The notes beneath the pieces are model-generated. The model was not told where the DNA came from and searched no databases. It was given only the letters and a program-made list of their open reading frames with translations. A stretch of 63,191 nucleotides of DNA, counting the filler, from Choristocarpus tenellus KU-1152 (Eukaryota > Protista > Phaeophyceae), in NCBI GenBank assembly GCA_964200185.2. It is 9 parts of 9 records of this genome, joined end to end, with 100 filler letters (N's around TTAATTAATTAA, not from the genome) between each part and the next. Parts side by side here need not be neighbours in the genome. Positions count along the whole stretch, not along the records: positions 1 to 17,700 come from CAXNAD020000638.1; positions 17,801 to 33,248 come from CAXNAD020000999.1; 7 more parts are not named here. One strand, written 5' to 3'. The position numbers were made by a program, and so were the translations under genes. How positions within the stretch are numbered: position 1 is the first letter of the stretch; each line of letters opens with the position of its first letter. Shown here piece after piece: positions 13,978 to 28,200 of the stretch.

Positions 13978-16900
13978 ATGGCAAAGGACAAGGAAAGAAA
14001 GGAGAGAAAGAGAAAATTTTCGGAGGAAAGCAGTGAAGAGAACTCGGAGGAGGATAATAGAAGAAAGGGCAAGAAAGCCAAGAGGGAGAAGCGGGGTCAA
14101 AAGGAGAGGAAAGAGAAGAAGGAGAAGAAGGACAAGAAAGAGAAGAAGGATAAGAAGGAAAAAAAAGAAAAGAAAAAGGAGAAAGAGGGCAGGAAGAATG
14201 AAGGAGACCGTGGTAGTGACGGTGAGTTGCATATGATGCATGTTTTTTCGGGATGGATTGCCTTTCCCAGTAGAGCCTGGAAAGATTACCTGGATATTTC
14301 CTATTTCATCTCCACCAAAGGAGGAAGAGGAAGAGCAAGCTGGAACTGCGCTTTCTGAATAGGCTTGCACACTTTGTTGTACCAATCTACTGTTACCACA
14401 AAGTAGCCCTTGGTAGAGACCTCGATGCTTTGCTGATGAGCGAGAACTGGTTGTGGACAGTGGGAATGAACTTGATCAATGTTCAAAGTTCATTGCTTCA
14501 AACAATAGGTTTTCTTGCGAGCGTTTTGCAGATTGATGCTTGGAAGCCAGGCCAACTAGCTCCCTTTCTCTCGGCCCTTCTGCTGTGTACCAAACTCATC
14601 CAATTACTCTGGCACATGTGCCTTTCATGTGCCTTTGGCCTACGGTGCACAGCAGCCGTTGAATTTTACATGGCTTGATGTTTTTCTTTTAAGCCTAAGA
14701 GCGTAGTAAGATATTCAAATTCTTCTCTGTACTGGTGCTAGTACGTCGAGCAGTCCATGTACGTCTCGTCTGCGTCAAGATCGATCCCTTCCCCTTCTAC
14801 TTCACTATCGGTACAGTTGAGATCCAAATCAGTGACAAGGACTATTTTTCGCGCTCCTCGGAGTTCCGCGTGTGGCTCATCACAAAGCGCAAGACCTACT
14901 TTGAAGATCTTTCGTCTGCAGACTCCCACAACCTCTTTGACAAGTTTGTCAAGGACTGGAATCGGTAAGGAGCGGAGCGCCTTTCCTGCCTCATTTTCCT
15001 GTGTTTCTCCACCCTGTGCCCCACTCAGTACCATATGACCCTTCATGTACTCCGACCCGAGTTTTTTTGGTTGAGTGAGTTTCCTGGTTTAGGTTGGACA
15101 GAAAATACCCCTCAGTCATCAACACAGTTCTCCAACTTCCGGTTTAGATGTTTTTTTTGGATCTTTTGTGTGAACTGGCCATCCTTGTTGCCAGGGGAAA
15201 GCTGGAGGGGTACTACTATCAAGGCTCTATCCCAGAGGAGCTGCTGACACAGGCAAAGAAGACACAGCACAAGTGGGGGTGAGAGAGTTACTGTCTGTTT
15301 TTGATGTCCACCCCACTGTCCCTCTCTGCAATAGTGTGCTGCTGTACTACCTCTATGCTTCAGGACCTATCCAATTCTTGTTTTCCTCACTTCATGCTTT
15401 AGAGTACGACAGTTTGAAGAAAGTGCCTACAGTTACCCGGTTTTGTCTTTGTGTTTTTGAAGTTGATGAAATGCGACGCGAGTGTGTCTCAATATATACG
15501 CTCGTTCATACAGTGGGCACATTGAACCAAGGACAAGAATGGGGTCAAGTAAGAGAGTGTTAGCTGAGGTCAATGAAGTTCATATCAAAAAGTATATATT
15601 CTCATGCTGATTAGTAATTGCCACAGTGCAGTTGAGAACTGTCTCAATTTTGTCATTTTTCCTTGACGTAAGTGTCCTGTCAAGATCATCTTTTTCTGTG
15701 TAAGCTCATGTGAGTGGTGTAGAAGTTTAGTGAAAGCCTAAAAGCACATCTTTGGGGAATTTCCCCTAACGATGATTCACTGCATGCAATGAACATGTGT
15801 ATTCGTGCTCCTTTTTCAGTCCAACCTTGCTAGCTAGGATTTAATAAACTTTTATTCCCACGTGCTTTTTTTTATGAGGGAATAGTTGAGATTCTTTGCG
15901 TCAGCACTCCTCTTTCCCCCCCTCCCCCTGGCAACAGTATGTATTACAATGGATAGCACCGATGGAAACCTCTCAGGAGTTCAAATATATAACATGAAAG
16001 AAGCGATGAAGTTGATGTAGCAGTATTGGACCCCTCTGCTGTTGTGGAATGTTTCCTACTTGTTCTAGGTTCTCTAAGAACCGTAGGCTTGCACAGCCTG
16101 TTTTTCTTTTCTCCCTTGCTGTTTGGGGTTTTCCTTGCTTCAAGACTCCACCTAACTCTTCCCAAAGCCCACTCACTTTATCCTTGTTGTGGGCTTAAGG
16201 TGTTTTACGTGCCGTTTCCAATTGTCGGAAGGTAATTGTGCCTAAAGATTCTTCTTATCCTCAAGTTTTAGCCTTAGCTCATCGATAAATGTTTGGATAA
16301 ACTTGGTCGGGCGTGGGTGGGATCGTCCACTTCACCATCATGCTGGAGCAGTAAGCACACGGATCACCCCAAGAGACAGTGCCAACTGACTGCTGTGGTC
16401 ACTCTAATGCCTGGGACCTTGGCAAGCAAGATTTAGTGAAAGATGACCTCAATAGTGGCAGCTTCAACTGCCCTGGCAGTCTGTCCTGTACTCATGGCAA
16501 GATGAGTGTTCATCAAGAGCACTCATTTGTTATGTCCACTTTATGGTGCCAGCCTCCAGTCCTGGGAAACCCTAGAAAAAGTGGTGAACCTTACATAGTA
16601 GTGCATGCTGTTTTGGGCAGCACCTTCAATGCTTTATCTCTTGACCGGTACTGGGAAAAACTATACTGACTGTAGGGGGGGAAAGGAAATGCGGAGGTGG
16701 CAGATCTCTAGCTCAGCTCTGGTTGTGTTGTTGAGGCTGCAGCTCTCCACTTTTCATTTTGTCTCCATGTACGGGGACAAACCTTGCAGGGATACCTTGG
16801 GTGGGATGTTGTGGGTGCACAGTGGGTAGTTAATGTGCTGTGCTGAGGTCATAACTCTCTCCACTTCCCCCCCCCAGTGCCCTTTACTCCATGTGTCTCA

Positions 16901-17146
16901 TCCTGCATAAACACAACATTTTCCCCTCAAGCATTGCTTCCCGTCTGTTGCTGCTATCATGTGATGTGTCTCAGGTTCCTGAAGAAGCTGTCGGTTAGAG
17001 ATCAAATGCAGCTCGACTTAGCGAATGACTCTGTCCATGCCAGCACAGAGAGGGTGAGAGAACTGTGGTTGATACATCCCTGCTGACTGAGATATTTTGA
17101 GTGCAAGAGTTGGTTCTCACAGGCGACAGCAAGCCTCGTCAGCTAA
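13978..17146 (+). CDS. Style cell-cycle inhibitor 1 (SCI1)-like Lys-rich nuclear protein; exons 13978-14221, 14817-14964, 15195-15278, 16975-17053, 17123-17146 (last exon tentative)
   Basis: K/E-rich N-terminus, then ISDKDYFSRSSEFRVWLITKRKTYFEDLSSADSHNLFDKFVKDWNRGKLEGYYY...TQHKWGF, which matches the plant SCI1 core as I recall it. Splice phases are consistent. Confidence 0.8.
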
Positions 17147-17700
17147 GCTTTAAAAAACAAACAAACCACTGAAGGTATCTTCTTCAGCTTTTCGCGACAT
17201 CGGCTGTATCTCTAGTCTTCAATTTTTTCCAGCGCAGGGGGCGTTAGAGGTGTTTGAGGTGTAGAAGTGACAAGAGGCTGCAATATCTTGTGTGTCTTTT
17301 AAACCTTGGAATGAAGTTGTCAACCCATCCACCCCTACCCTGCAATTGCTGAAACTCACGCCTTCCCCATTATCGCTTGAGTTCCTCGCCCCACTCTAGG
17401 GTAGACAGCAAATATTGTTGTTGCCACAGTAGCTCACCTTAGCCTGAAGCATTGCATCCCCTCCGCATTGTCACTTTGTTGTAATGGCCTGTCCCCCTCA
17501 ATAGCCACCCACCTACCCCCCTGTTTCACTGCAACTTCCATGGTCTGGGCAAGAGTAGGTCAAGGGTGTGATGAGCAATATACCTGTGGCAACAGCATCG
17601 TCTTTCTCGCCATCGTCATCAACCGCAGTGATGCCCCCCCCTGCTGCCCGTGGGGGTGTGTCAGAAAAGCCTAAGAAGGGCAGGGAGGACCTAACGCGAA

Positions 17701-17800
17701 NNNNNNNNNNNNNNNNNNNNNNNNNNNNNNNNNNNNNNNNNNNNTTAATTAATTAANNNNNNNNNNNNNNNNNNNNNNNNNNNNNNNNNNNNNNNNNNNN
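17701..17800. other. Artificial contig linker; identical linkers at 33249-33348, 36136-36235, 40450-40549, 49329-49428, 51931-52030, 56066-56165, 60305-60404
   Basis: N44-TTAATTAATTAA-N44, 100 nt each, with stops in all six frames. Confidence 0.98.
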
Positions 17801-18678
17801 GTGAAAAAAAAAAGTAGATTGGTGGAGCAGTATGACATCGTAACTTTTTTTTTTTTTTAATTTCTTGCTGTGGATGGTATCTCGCAACGGTCCCACCCCA
17901 CACCGCTGACCAAAGCTCAATCACTTTTTTGATCTCATGTTTGTGGAACCAATTCCACACGGGGGAAAAAAATAAAAAAATACTACGTACTTCTTTTTTA
18001 TTTTTATCTCTATTTTTTTCATCTTTTTTTATGTAGCAACAAAAATTACTGTTTTGAGGGGGTATATATATGCAGAGAGATGAGTGTGCTCCCCAAATAT
18101 GCGTGACAGGCCCAACGAAACAAACAACAGCAGGGTACACCTTTTCTGGCTCCTAAGTACCAAACTGTCCCCCAACAGGTGGGGGAGGGGGGACGCACAG
18201 GGTGCATGTAAGAGGCATGCAAGGGGTGCCCCCGGTGATTGGTATAAAATCTACGCTATCGGAGTGTACAACCTGAGACCATTTTTTTCTGAAGTCATTT
18301 GCTAGAAAAAAATTAAAGATAAAAGTCTAGAGCCCTTGAACAACTACTGCAATATGCTTTTGTTTATTTATTAGTAAGCTCTTGCGATTGGCTGATCAGT
18401 GCTACCACTGCATGACCTTCTCGGAGAAGATGCCAAAAAATATATACATGTTTATCAGATATAAGACCAGACTAGAGACACAGCCATGCTTGGCACAGAT
18501 ATATGATCTATCATTTATAAACATATATATAATTTATTGATATATGATCTATCATTTATAAACGCCTGACATGGTGAAAAAAGTACGTTCAGGAAAGGAG
18601 ACACAACGATCCATTCCAATGAAAAGCCAAGGGTGAGAAAATGAACTGCAGGGGAAGACTTGTGCCGACGGGCACAGT

Positions 18679-18823
18679 TCAGTCTTGAGAGCTCTTCTCC
18701 ATCAGTTTTGAGAGCCCTTCTCTATCAGTTTTGAGAGCTCTTCTCCATCAGTCTTGAGAGCCCTTCTCTATCAGTTTTGAGAGCTCTTCTCTATCAGTCT
18801 TGAAAGATCTTCTCAAGAACTGA
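18679..18823. repeat. 23-bp minisatellite (~6 units) ending in an inverted partial unit
   Basis: Units TCAGT(C/T)TTGAGAGC(T/C)CTTCTC(C/T)A start at 18679, 18702, 18725, 18748, 18771 and 18794. Confidence 0.9.
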
Positions 18824-19042
18824 TGAGAAAAAAGGAACATTTTTTTCTCTATTTTTGATCACCATGGCAGACTTTTTCCCTAGGAAGATCAGTTACATAT
18901 ATATGTATATTATATGTCTAGAGATTTTGAGCGCTGGAAGGCAGTTCGATGATATATTTCTAGAAAAAAAAAATCAAATGAGCTCAGGTATAAATTTTAT
19001 AAATTTTATCCATCCCCCCCCCCCGGCAGAATTATCACACAC

Positions 19043-21717
19043 CTTCATGTCAGGCGCTCGAGGACCTGCCCCCACTGAGCTCGGTGTTGCAGTAATCATC
19101 GCCTCCATTTCCTTCTTTTTCTTTTCAATACTTCTCTCAATACCTTTTTCCAGGGTTTCCAATTGGCGAGACCGCGTTGACACTCCAGTGTTTTGATCCT
19201 TCACCTGCTGCTGGGGGTTTGTTGCTGATCCCATGGATTTGGACCTTGTCTTCATTCCCCCCATTGCACCACGCTCCTTAGTCCTGGTTGTCTTGGTTTG
19301 GATTGAGGCGTCTTCCATCTCTTCCCCTCCCCCATCGCGTAACTGGTTGATGTGACAAAACTGAAGTGATACCATAGATGGCTAGGTAGAGAGACACAGA
19401 CGTAGGCAAACAGATACATACATATATATATATATACGGTGACAGAATGAACCAATCAGGAGAAAGAATGAGATGGCAAAAAACGTGAACCATGCAAGGG
19501 ATAGCTGGAGTTGAGGACTGAGAAGTATGTGAGGAGAGGGGCTGAGGGGCTGTATATTGTGATGGTCATATGATAGGTGAGCAGTGGATGAGAAGGTATC
19601 CTACTGGAAATCTAAAGCACAGTACTTGGCCTCACTTCTCCACATCATGAACACTCTTCCTACGTGTATGGGCGGTTAAATTTTGAAGAGCAAAACACGC
19701 CTTCTTTTTGAGTGCTAAGTACAGGATACTATCCAGGTAGGTAAACTCAAGTCGACAGGATTTTGTGCCTATGTTGACAGCAAAGAGTTCAGTTGTTAAT
19801 GTGGAGGTGCAAGGATAATTATTACTATAGAACGTGTGAGGATTATGATGGCATGGATGTATGCAGCATCTGAGCAAAGGACTTGATTGCAAGAGTTGAT
19901 ATTACATCACGATATGAATGGGTCTTCCATCACCACATTAGCTTCCACACATCACATATTTGTTCCAACACAAAGCATGTATGCGCATACTCACCAATTC
20001 AACAATTGGTGACTTCCAAATGTGCAAAGTATGTTCAGTCTGCTGCTGGGTTTCATGTCTTCAACCAAAAGATACAAACAATATGCAAAGAGTATGTTTG
20101 TGACAACAGGAGCGATGTTTCAATAGTTACAAAGCTATACCTAGAAAAGGTTGTTAGAGGTCAGTCCTAAGTGTTCTCTTTTTAAAGCAACAATTATCAT
20201 TACTTGTTGCATTTGTTTTTAATGAAGTTGCAAGATGAATGAACGGAGCGACAGCTGGGAGTTCATCGAAAAGAGGCCTTGTTCACATTCTCATTAAACA
20301 ACAAATGCCTCATGTTTACAAAAACTCTTCCAAAGAGTGATACACTACATTATTGGCAGCATGAGAAAACACAAAAGAAATATATGGAGTTTGAAGTCCG
20401 CAATTGATGTTGGACACATATCAGAAAATAATAAAATGAGTGTTGGTCATCAGAAGTAAATTTTGAAACAAATATTCTGTTTTAAAGACAGTTAAATCGA
20501 AAATGTTCGAGTTCAGATCATCATGTCTTCCATATTCCACACTTTTCTATGTTGTTAGAACAGACATGCCATCAGTTGGGAAAATTGATCAAATTTCAAC
20601 ATCCAACACAACTCCAGATCCCCAGAAAAGGGACAAAGTGCCATTTGAGAATTGAAATGCGAGCGGAAAATAACTCCCCCGGCAAAAACAGCTCTAATGT
20701 GACCTGCACCAACAACTTGAAACCTCTGTGCACGAGACAGGGCTTATTCAGATCCTTCCCGAAGTATTTTTCTTTCAGAAATGGATGGGTAATATAAGTT
20801 CAAGCTACCTAGTTGCAGCATCATTAATGAGAAAAAGGCAGGCTGGTACCAAACATTTTGGTCAACACATATATCGGAGTGTAGGAACAATCTATTAAGT
20901 TGCTACTGCTGATCATTCTACGAGATTCTCCGCATCAGACACATATTTCACAAAGTTTTCAGAGCATTAATCGTATCAGGCGTGATTTCCAAGGGTGGAT
21001 CACCGACTCCTTTATTCTGAATATGTCTCCAAGAGCTCAACCACTATGATTTCGATCTTCTCCCATAAGGTATCAAACGCCGATGGTAGTTACCCATCCT
21101 GGCCCAGTTGAGGTGTGAGGGGACCTCCGTCTTATCCTAGTAAAACACACGCCACGACATGTACTCACCGTGAGTCCGCTTTCAATCAGCTCCTTGCTTT
21201 CCATACTCAGATCTTTTACCGTTCCTCCCCATTTCTCGAACAACTGATCGCATAGGTTCAACTGAGCCGGGGTCATCATCAGAGGAAGAGATGATCTTCC
21301 TGGTGATTTCATCTTACCATCCTTGCCTCCAAGGCTCACAACATTTGTTGGTCCTGGTACCGCCGTAGACCTAGTTGTTCTCTTTTTCTGCAAGGTAGGT
21401 TGGCATTGTCCATTTGATACATCCAGTTCAGTTGTGGGGCGTACGGTTTCTGGGACAATTGCCTTGGGCTGGGCGGGCACACTTCCAACCAATGGAACGC
21501 CACTTGCAACTATTGGAACGTCTGCTGCCACACGGCGCTCCCTTCTCTTGAGGCATTTCGCCAACGCTACTAAAGAGAAAGTCAGTACAGCAAGGGCTAT
21601 CAGGATGGTGGACTTTGTTGGGTCTATGTCGAAGACCAACTGGGGATAACTTGAAACCCCCGACAACGTATTTTTGTCTGGTGGGATTTCAGTGCCCATG
21701 TCATCATCGGCAATCAT
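19043..21717 (-). CDS. Uncharacterised single-pass membrane protein, partial; exons 21717-21169 and probably 19342-19043
   Basis: ORF with TM segment ILIALAVLTFSLVALA followed by basic KCLKRRERR. Phase-0 GTGAGT donor at 21168. A 300-nt phase 0-0 exon has a coiled-coil-like stretch. Joining the two exons is inferred. Confidence 0.5.
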
Positions 21718-22291
21718 GCTACCACTTGTAGTCAGTCGATCAATACTTTCGCACTTTGTGAGAGAAGAGCAAAGGAGAGATAGTCACCCTTGATAATCGA
21801 CAGAGAGACTAAGTCGGTTTTAACCAAAAATTAGGACTTGACAAAACTACAACGATATTCTACACATCGTTTCAACCTCAACACAACTGTGTCGTTTTTT
21901 GTCAATCACCCTTCGGAGGCTTGTCTCCCTTCCAGATGTTTGTGTGTGTGTTAACAACGAACAACAACATTCGGGGAATTTGTAGTGCCCCCCTAAGGGG
22001 CTAGCCCTAAACTGGAGGGTGTGCAGCCGAGGGGTTTTGTTTGTCCCTCGACTGGGTTGTGTTGAGAAAGGTGAGACTTGCAAAAGCTGTTGGAAACACA
22101 AGCTTTACTGAAGACGGTTACTATAGTTGGAAATGTTGTTGGCTTTGTTCTGTAGGCTGATGGTGTGAACGAGTCCTTTACGCTGCCTGCACCCTTATAA
22201 ACTAACATGCGACTTCACACAAGCGTCTTCATTTGGCCCCACCTCCCACATCCTGTATCCCCACCCTTTACTTGAACGAAGTCCAGGCCAA

Positions 22292-25200
22292 ATGGATGCC
22301 GCAAGCCTTTTTAGCGACAAGGTGCCACCTGTACATATGACCACCTCAGCAGGGGAATATGATACAAGTGAGCTTCCGAGGGATGCTTCTTCGCCCTTCG
22401 GGAGAAATGCTACAACGCTTCCGAGCACGCTTGTGCCGAGTGTCACAGAGGTGCAGGAGATGCCAAGTGACCTCTTTGGGGCCGATAGTGGTGCTGAAGC
22501 GTTCGGGTTTTCGTCTCAAAATTCTCTGCCTCCCAAGTATAGCTCGCCGCCATCTGTCGAGGAGATGCCACCTGACTTGTTTGGAGGAGGGAATGGAGGA
22601 GGTAGCGATGCCTTTGACCGACCTTTCGGGCGGACCCCCTCCCCTCCCGGTCCATATCGGGACAATGTTGAACAACAGTCATTGAACAGTCAATTATACC
22701 CTTCCACTGGAACAACTCGGTCAGCTTTCCTACCAAACGATGATATTAGGAACCCGCGTTCGGGTGAAGGTGCAACTGAGACTTCAGGAAATCTATCGGG
22801 GAACGCAATATCGACTTCGTTGGGGGCTGCTCCGCCAGCTGCTTTTGCCTTCGATGCAGCTCCTCCTGGAAGGGGAACAGGAAAGGCTAACGGGGGAATC
22901 CCATCCCCTGCCATTATGCCATCTGCACAGCTTTCCAGTTCGGCTCTCTCCTTTGCTCCCACCCCCTCTTACATTCCGCCTAATCGATTTGGAAACCCCA
23001 AACACGATCGTTCCCCAATTACAACCCTCCCTCCACCTGACAATATGGGTGAATTTGGCAGCAGTAGTGGTCATGGCTTCTATGCTGGAACAGGCGTAAA
23101 TAATATGGTGCTGGAATCAGCTGTTGCAAAATCTTCCAGGCAGGACACTGAGACTGAGTCGCATCAACCTGCCCAAATGGAACCCCAATCAAGATTGGGA
23201 TTTAATAATATGTCAGCTTTCAACACGTCTACGATGGGGTTGGAGGCAAAGCCAGCGACAGAGTGGATGCCTCCAAGAGCCCCGCCTAGTAGACCTCCCA
23301 CTACTCAGCAAGCTGAGGCAGTGTTTGGCGCACCAAGAACCAGCGTTCCTGGTCATTCGGTTGACAAGGTGGTTGGGGGAGTGTTCAACGTCCCGTCAAC
23401 TACAGAGCAAACTCAACAATTTTATGGGATCACAAGTGGTAGGACAGTGGAAGATGTATTCGGTGCCCCCCCCCAAGACATGTTCAATAGGCCAGGGGAA
23501 ATCTCTAACAATGCATTTGGAAACCCGCCAGGTACCAAACTGCCCTCTTACCATCCTCAGGGAGTTGGGCATGGTGAGGAGGGAGCTGGGGCAACAGAAA
23601 TGGCCTCTGTTAGGGTAGATGCTCTCCAGCAAGGACAAGAGGCCACTGTAGTCCCAATGGGTGCTCCCACTGTGAAGTCGTTTGCATCCAGCATTGCCCC
23701 TAGTGCTGGACCAGTAGATGCATGGGTGCAAGGAGTCCCCAGACCAAGATTTCCAGATGGAAAGGGTGTTGGTGTCCCACCCGCTGGTTTGTTTAGCACC
23801 TCAGGTGGAGGAAACGAGGTTGTGGGTGTTGCTACATCAGGCCCTGGCTCTGCTGCTCCATCAGATATGTTTGGGCCCAGTGGAGGGGGTCTTACACTGG
23901 AGGTTGACCATGCAGCTGACCGCTTGGGTTTGGGTGTATTTGGTGCTCCCCCAGCAGGAGACTTCTTTGGGACACCAGTACAGGGTGTTGGTGGGGATGT
24001 AGGGAATGCATTTGGCTCTCCTGTGAATGTGAGTGATTTGTTCAAGGTCGATCATCCTGGGGCCTTCAAGGCAGTGGATGTTGGAACACCCACTATTTCT
24101 GTTTTGGACCAAACTCAACAAGAGAAACTTCCAGGGTCTGGATTAAGCTTCTGGGCGTCTGAGCTAGGATCAGATCAAGGAATGGCAGGAGAGAGGAGCA
24201 GCCCCATCTCCCCTGATAATGTCATTTCTCCAGGAGGTGCAGCAAGCGGTTTCGAAGGCGCAGAGACTAGAACAGTGGGGGTAGACATGGTAGATGCAAA
24301 GGCTGAAGGGGTGGGGGCTACAAATGAGGTTGGGGTGGAGATTAAGGGGGGGAATACGACTGCAAAAGTTCTTGAATTTCCTGTGACCAACTGTGGGCTG
24401 ATGGAAACCCAAATTCAGGACCAGTGGGAAGACAACAGTGAAAGGGAATCTCGTTCTCATTCTCTTGCTTCTCCACCTTCCCCAGCATCTCCACCTCAGG
24501 AGGCGAAGCCAGAGATGACTAAGCTGCCACTTAATACTCTCCTTCCGGATTTGCCTCAGAGGAGTCCACGCGAAAAGTTTCACTTTGAGGAAACAGAGGG
24601 GACTCCTTGTAGCAGGAGCTTCAGTGATGAATATGTGGGCAGTCATCCAGATACCCTGGAGCAGGTTAGGAGCCTAGCCCCCGAGTCCATCCTACTCGCC
24701 CAGTCGTCGTTGATGCCAACCTTGACCTTGCCGCCAGCTGTGGCAGTTGAGGTGCCAATTCCTGCATCCCAAACTTCTCACGACTTCCCACCAGCTGTGG
24801 TAGAGACACAGCAGATTGAAGTGCCTTTACAAGGTGATGAAACCCTCAAACAGTCCTCTCGTTCTGGACAAGCTCTGGTAGAGAACATCCACCCTGAAAG
24901 TCCTCCACGCAACAATGGTGATGCCCACAGTGTAATGTCAGCACCACCTCATGCTGGCATCTCCGAGCAAGTAGTCCTACCAGAGGGACAGTCAGGGAAC
25001 TGCGACAGATTATTGGAGGAAGACGAACCACCTCTGGGTAAGGTGATGAGTGCCTTGCAAACTTTGGAATCAAGGTCAGGGCTTCAGGAGGAGGATAGTG
25101 GGCAAGAATTGTATAGGGTAGGTGAGGGAGAAGAAGATGGATGGGTGAGGAAGTGGGATAGGAAAGGTGAGCTGTCGGATAATGAGTTGGGCAAGGAAGC

Positions 25201-28200
25201 AATAGCGGATGGAAAGACAGCTGAATCGGGGGTTGAAATAGGGTTAAGGTTAGCCACAGGAGATCAAGGTGGAGGGGAGGTGGAAATGCTCTCTGGAGGG
25301 CCGGTTCAGTCCTTGGAGACCACACAAGATGGAAATGGACAAAGGTTTGGTTATTTTGCTTTGCAGGGACCGGACACAAGAGCTGGGTTAGGGGTAGAGG
25401 CCGGACCTGAAAGAGGATTTGGTATTGGGCAGAAGGCGAAGGGCACGGGAGGCATTCTTAGGAATAATGGTTGCGAGCAGCTGGGGATGGACAAAGGGGA
25501 TATACAGAAGGGAGTTCATAGTAATTTAGGTATTGAGAAACAGTTGATGGACCTGGGGGATCCATCTCAAGGTGTTCCCACGAGTTTCAGTGATGAACAA
25601 CAGCACTCAATGGACGTGAAAGAAATTCAAGGAGCTCCGGTGAGTCTTGGTAGTGAGCCACAGGCGAAAGGGTTGAAGGATGTACAGGAAGGGGTTCCTG
25701 CAAGTTTTGGCACTGAGCAGCAGGCCATGGGCTTGGGGGATGTTCGTGGAGGCAACTCTGAGTTAACGGTACCGGATCTCGAGACAGTTAAGGTGGAGAG
25801 TGTGCAGCGGAGTGGGGATGTTAAGGTTGATGACATGAAGGGTCAGGTTTGTGAGCATGAAGCTGGGGAAGCTGGGGGAGGGGGAACGGCAGGGAACAAT
25901 GGAGTCTCTTGGCACAGAGTTGCAGAGGAGGATCTTCCTGGGATGAGTGACAGAAAAAGTGACAGTAGCGATAGCGAATCGGAAAGCGGCAGCGATGTAA
26001 CAGACCTGAGCACAGTGGAAACAACTGCGAGTGACTTCTTCATGATGGTGAGGACATTGCCACACCAGTATCTTGGTTGTGGGTTGTACGCGATGAAATG
26101 TGCTGGGGTAGGCAGAAGGTTTAATTCGAGTGTTTTGATCAGAATACTCTGCCAGTAGGAACCAAATGTCCCTTGTCGCAGTGGAGACCTTTTTGTGTGT
26201 ATTCATGTGTGTGGGTTGACCTTTAGCCTTACTGTTTCGTTTATGCTGTTGCCTTTTGTTGGGGGGTGCTTGTGAGCAGTTAGTGTCTCATGGTACCTGA
26301 TGGCATCTATGTGTTGTGGTGGAAATTTTTCCACCTTTTTTTGCTCTGGTAATTGATGCACTGACGACCACGTTCCCACTGATATGACTAGGCATTTTGT
26401 GAAGATCAAGATTGAAGTTTTATCCCATAACTGGCCCTTGCATTGTTTCGTTATCTACAAGGTCAGCCCTTTGGCTGGGTTGAAATGTTGGGTACTAGGT
26501 TCTAGCTAAAGGAGAAAAAAAGAACAGGATAGGGCAAAACATACGGGTTGGAAAGGGAGTGAAGACGAGCGCAGAAATTTTTTGACCAAATATACTAGCA
26601 AGTGGTTGTATACTACTTTTATTTAGTTATTAATGGGGGTAAGTAGTTGTACTGCAATGTTTAGTGTACCAAGGGAGACTGAGGCGACAATTCTAGGTTT
26701 AGACTTTTGCGTCCATGTTGTAAGCAGTGAGTTATCCTATTAGACAGATGTAGACACTGAGTCCTCCCCCCCTCCGTCTCGCATGTTTTGATGCCCTCCA
26801 TTCCCCGTGAAGGCACCGATCCCCAGTGCTCCATTTTCAGGAAGCTCAAGTGTGACGAGTTCCATCACAGTCTCCCGTATTGCAAGCCGTGACTCCCTAA
26901 GTGGTGTGCCGATCACACCACCCTCACCCTCATCCATTGCTGCTGCCCTGAGCAAGCGCCGTTGCCTTCGTGAGCGGGGCAATCAGAAAGGCCCCCACCA
27001 TGGCAGCATCTCCCCAAATCTCCACGGAAAATCCATTGGAGACAGACTGATGTACAGGCTGCAGAGAGGAGTCGATGCTAGGCTCCCACCACCAACTGTC
27101 TCAACAATGGGATCCATCACAGCTACAGCTGATGCTTCACAAGGGAAGGGATTGACACGACCACGCACACTGAGATATAGTCCTAGTGGTCCCCTCAGTA
27201 TTGGCTCAGGGTCGAGCCCTGGGGCCGTTTCTTCTGGACCCTGGGGACTTTATCGCCCAGATAGTTCTAGGGTGATTCACCCCCCACGCCGTCGACGGCC
27301 AGGAATGACAGATGTTGGTCGGCCAGTTGTGGTGGACAGGGGGGGGGCAGGGATTGGTCCCTCTCCAGGAAGTCAATCAGAGGAAGTGAAGGCCGGGGAA
27401 GAAGTTGATGTTGGTTTGGGCATTGACGTGCCGAGTTGGTTGAAGGATTTGGAGGTACATGGAGAGGTGGAGGTGGTGGCAGGGGCATTGGAGAAGCCTT
27501 CGTCGGACTTGCTTAACAATGAGGACCCTCACCGGGTGTGGCAACAATCGAGTGCTGTGGATAATGGTGGGGAGGGGGGGTTGGAAGAGATGAGGTCTTT
27601 TGAAGGAGTGGTCCCATCCCCTGTTGTGGAGGTCAAGGCAGAAGTGGTGAGACTGGTGGAGGAAGATGCACGCCGCCAATTGAGAACAAAGGGCATCTCG
27701 TCCTCGCACACCTTGCCGTCTGTTCCCAATACGGGGGAAGAAGGGGTGGGGCAAGGTGATGTCAACGTTTCCTCTGAAAACACGCCTGAAGTTGGTGATG
27801 AACTCCGTCCTTCAAAGGAAGCAATGGTTGATCTGCGAGGTAAGCAAGGGATCGATTGTGTGAATCCATTGAGTCCCCCACCGCAGGTTCCACAGGGAGG
27901 GCAGGATCAGGTGGATTCCTCTCCGAGCAAAACCAGTGGAGTCTCTGAAGCACTTGAAGTGCTTCCATGCAGTGTGCTTGTGGAGGCTCAGCCCTCTCCC
28001 CTTGTGAACAAGTCTGCTCCGCTTGTTCGACCTCGAAACAGCAGTGGTGGTCCATTCTTTGGCTTTGATCAATACGATGATACAGGGAGCACAAAGGAGG
28101 ACAGCCATGGCAACGTCTCAGGTCACCAAAGCAGCGATAACCAGGCTGATGAGGGACCCCCGAACAGAAGGGAGGCTGAAGCGATGTTTGCGACGTCTGC

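Noticed and set aside
18679-18823. 23-bp repeats as a CRISPR array
   Set aside because: Units abut with no unique spacers, there are no cas genes and the context is eukaryotic.
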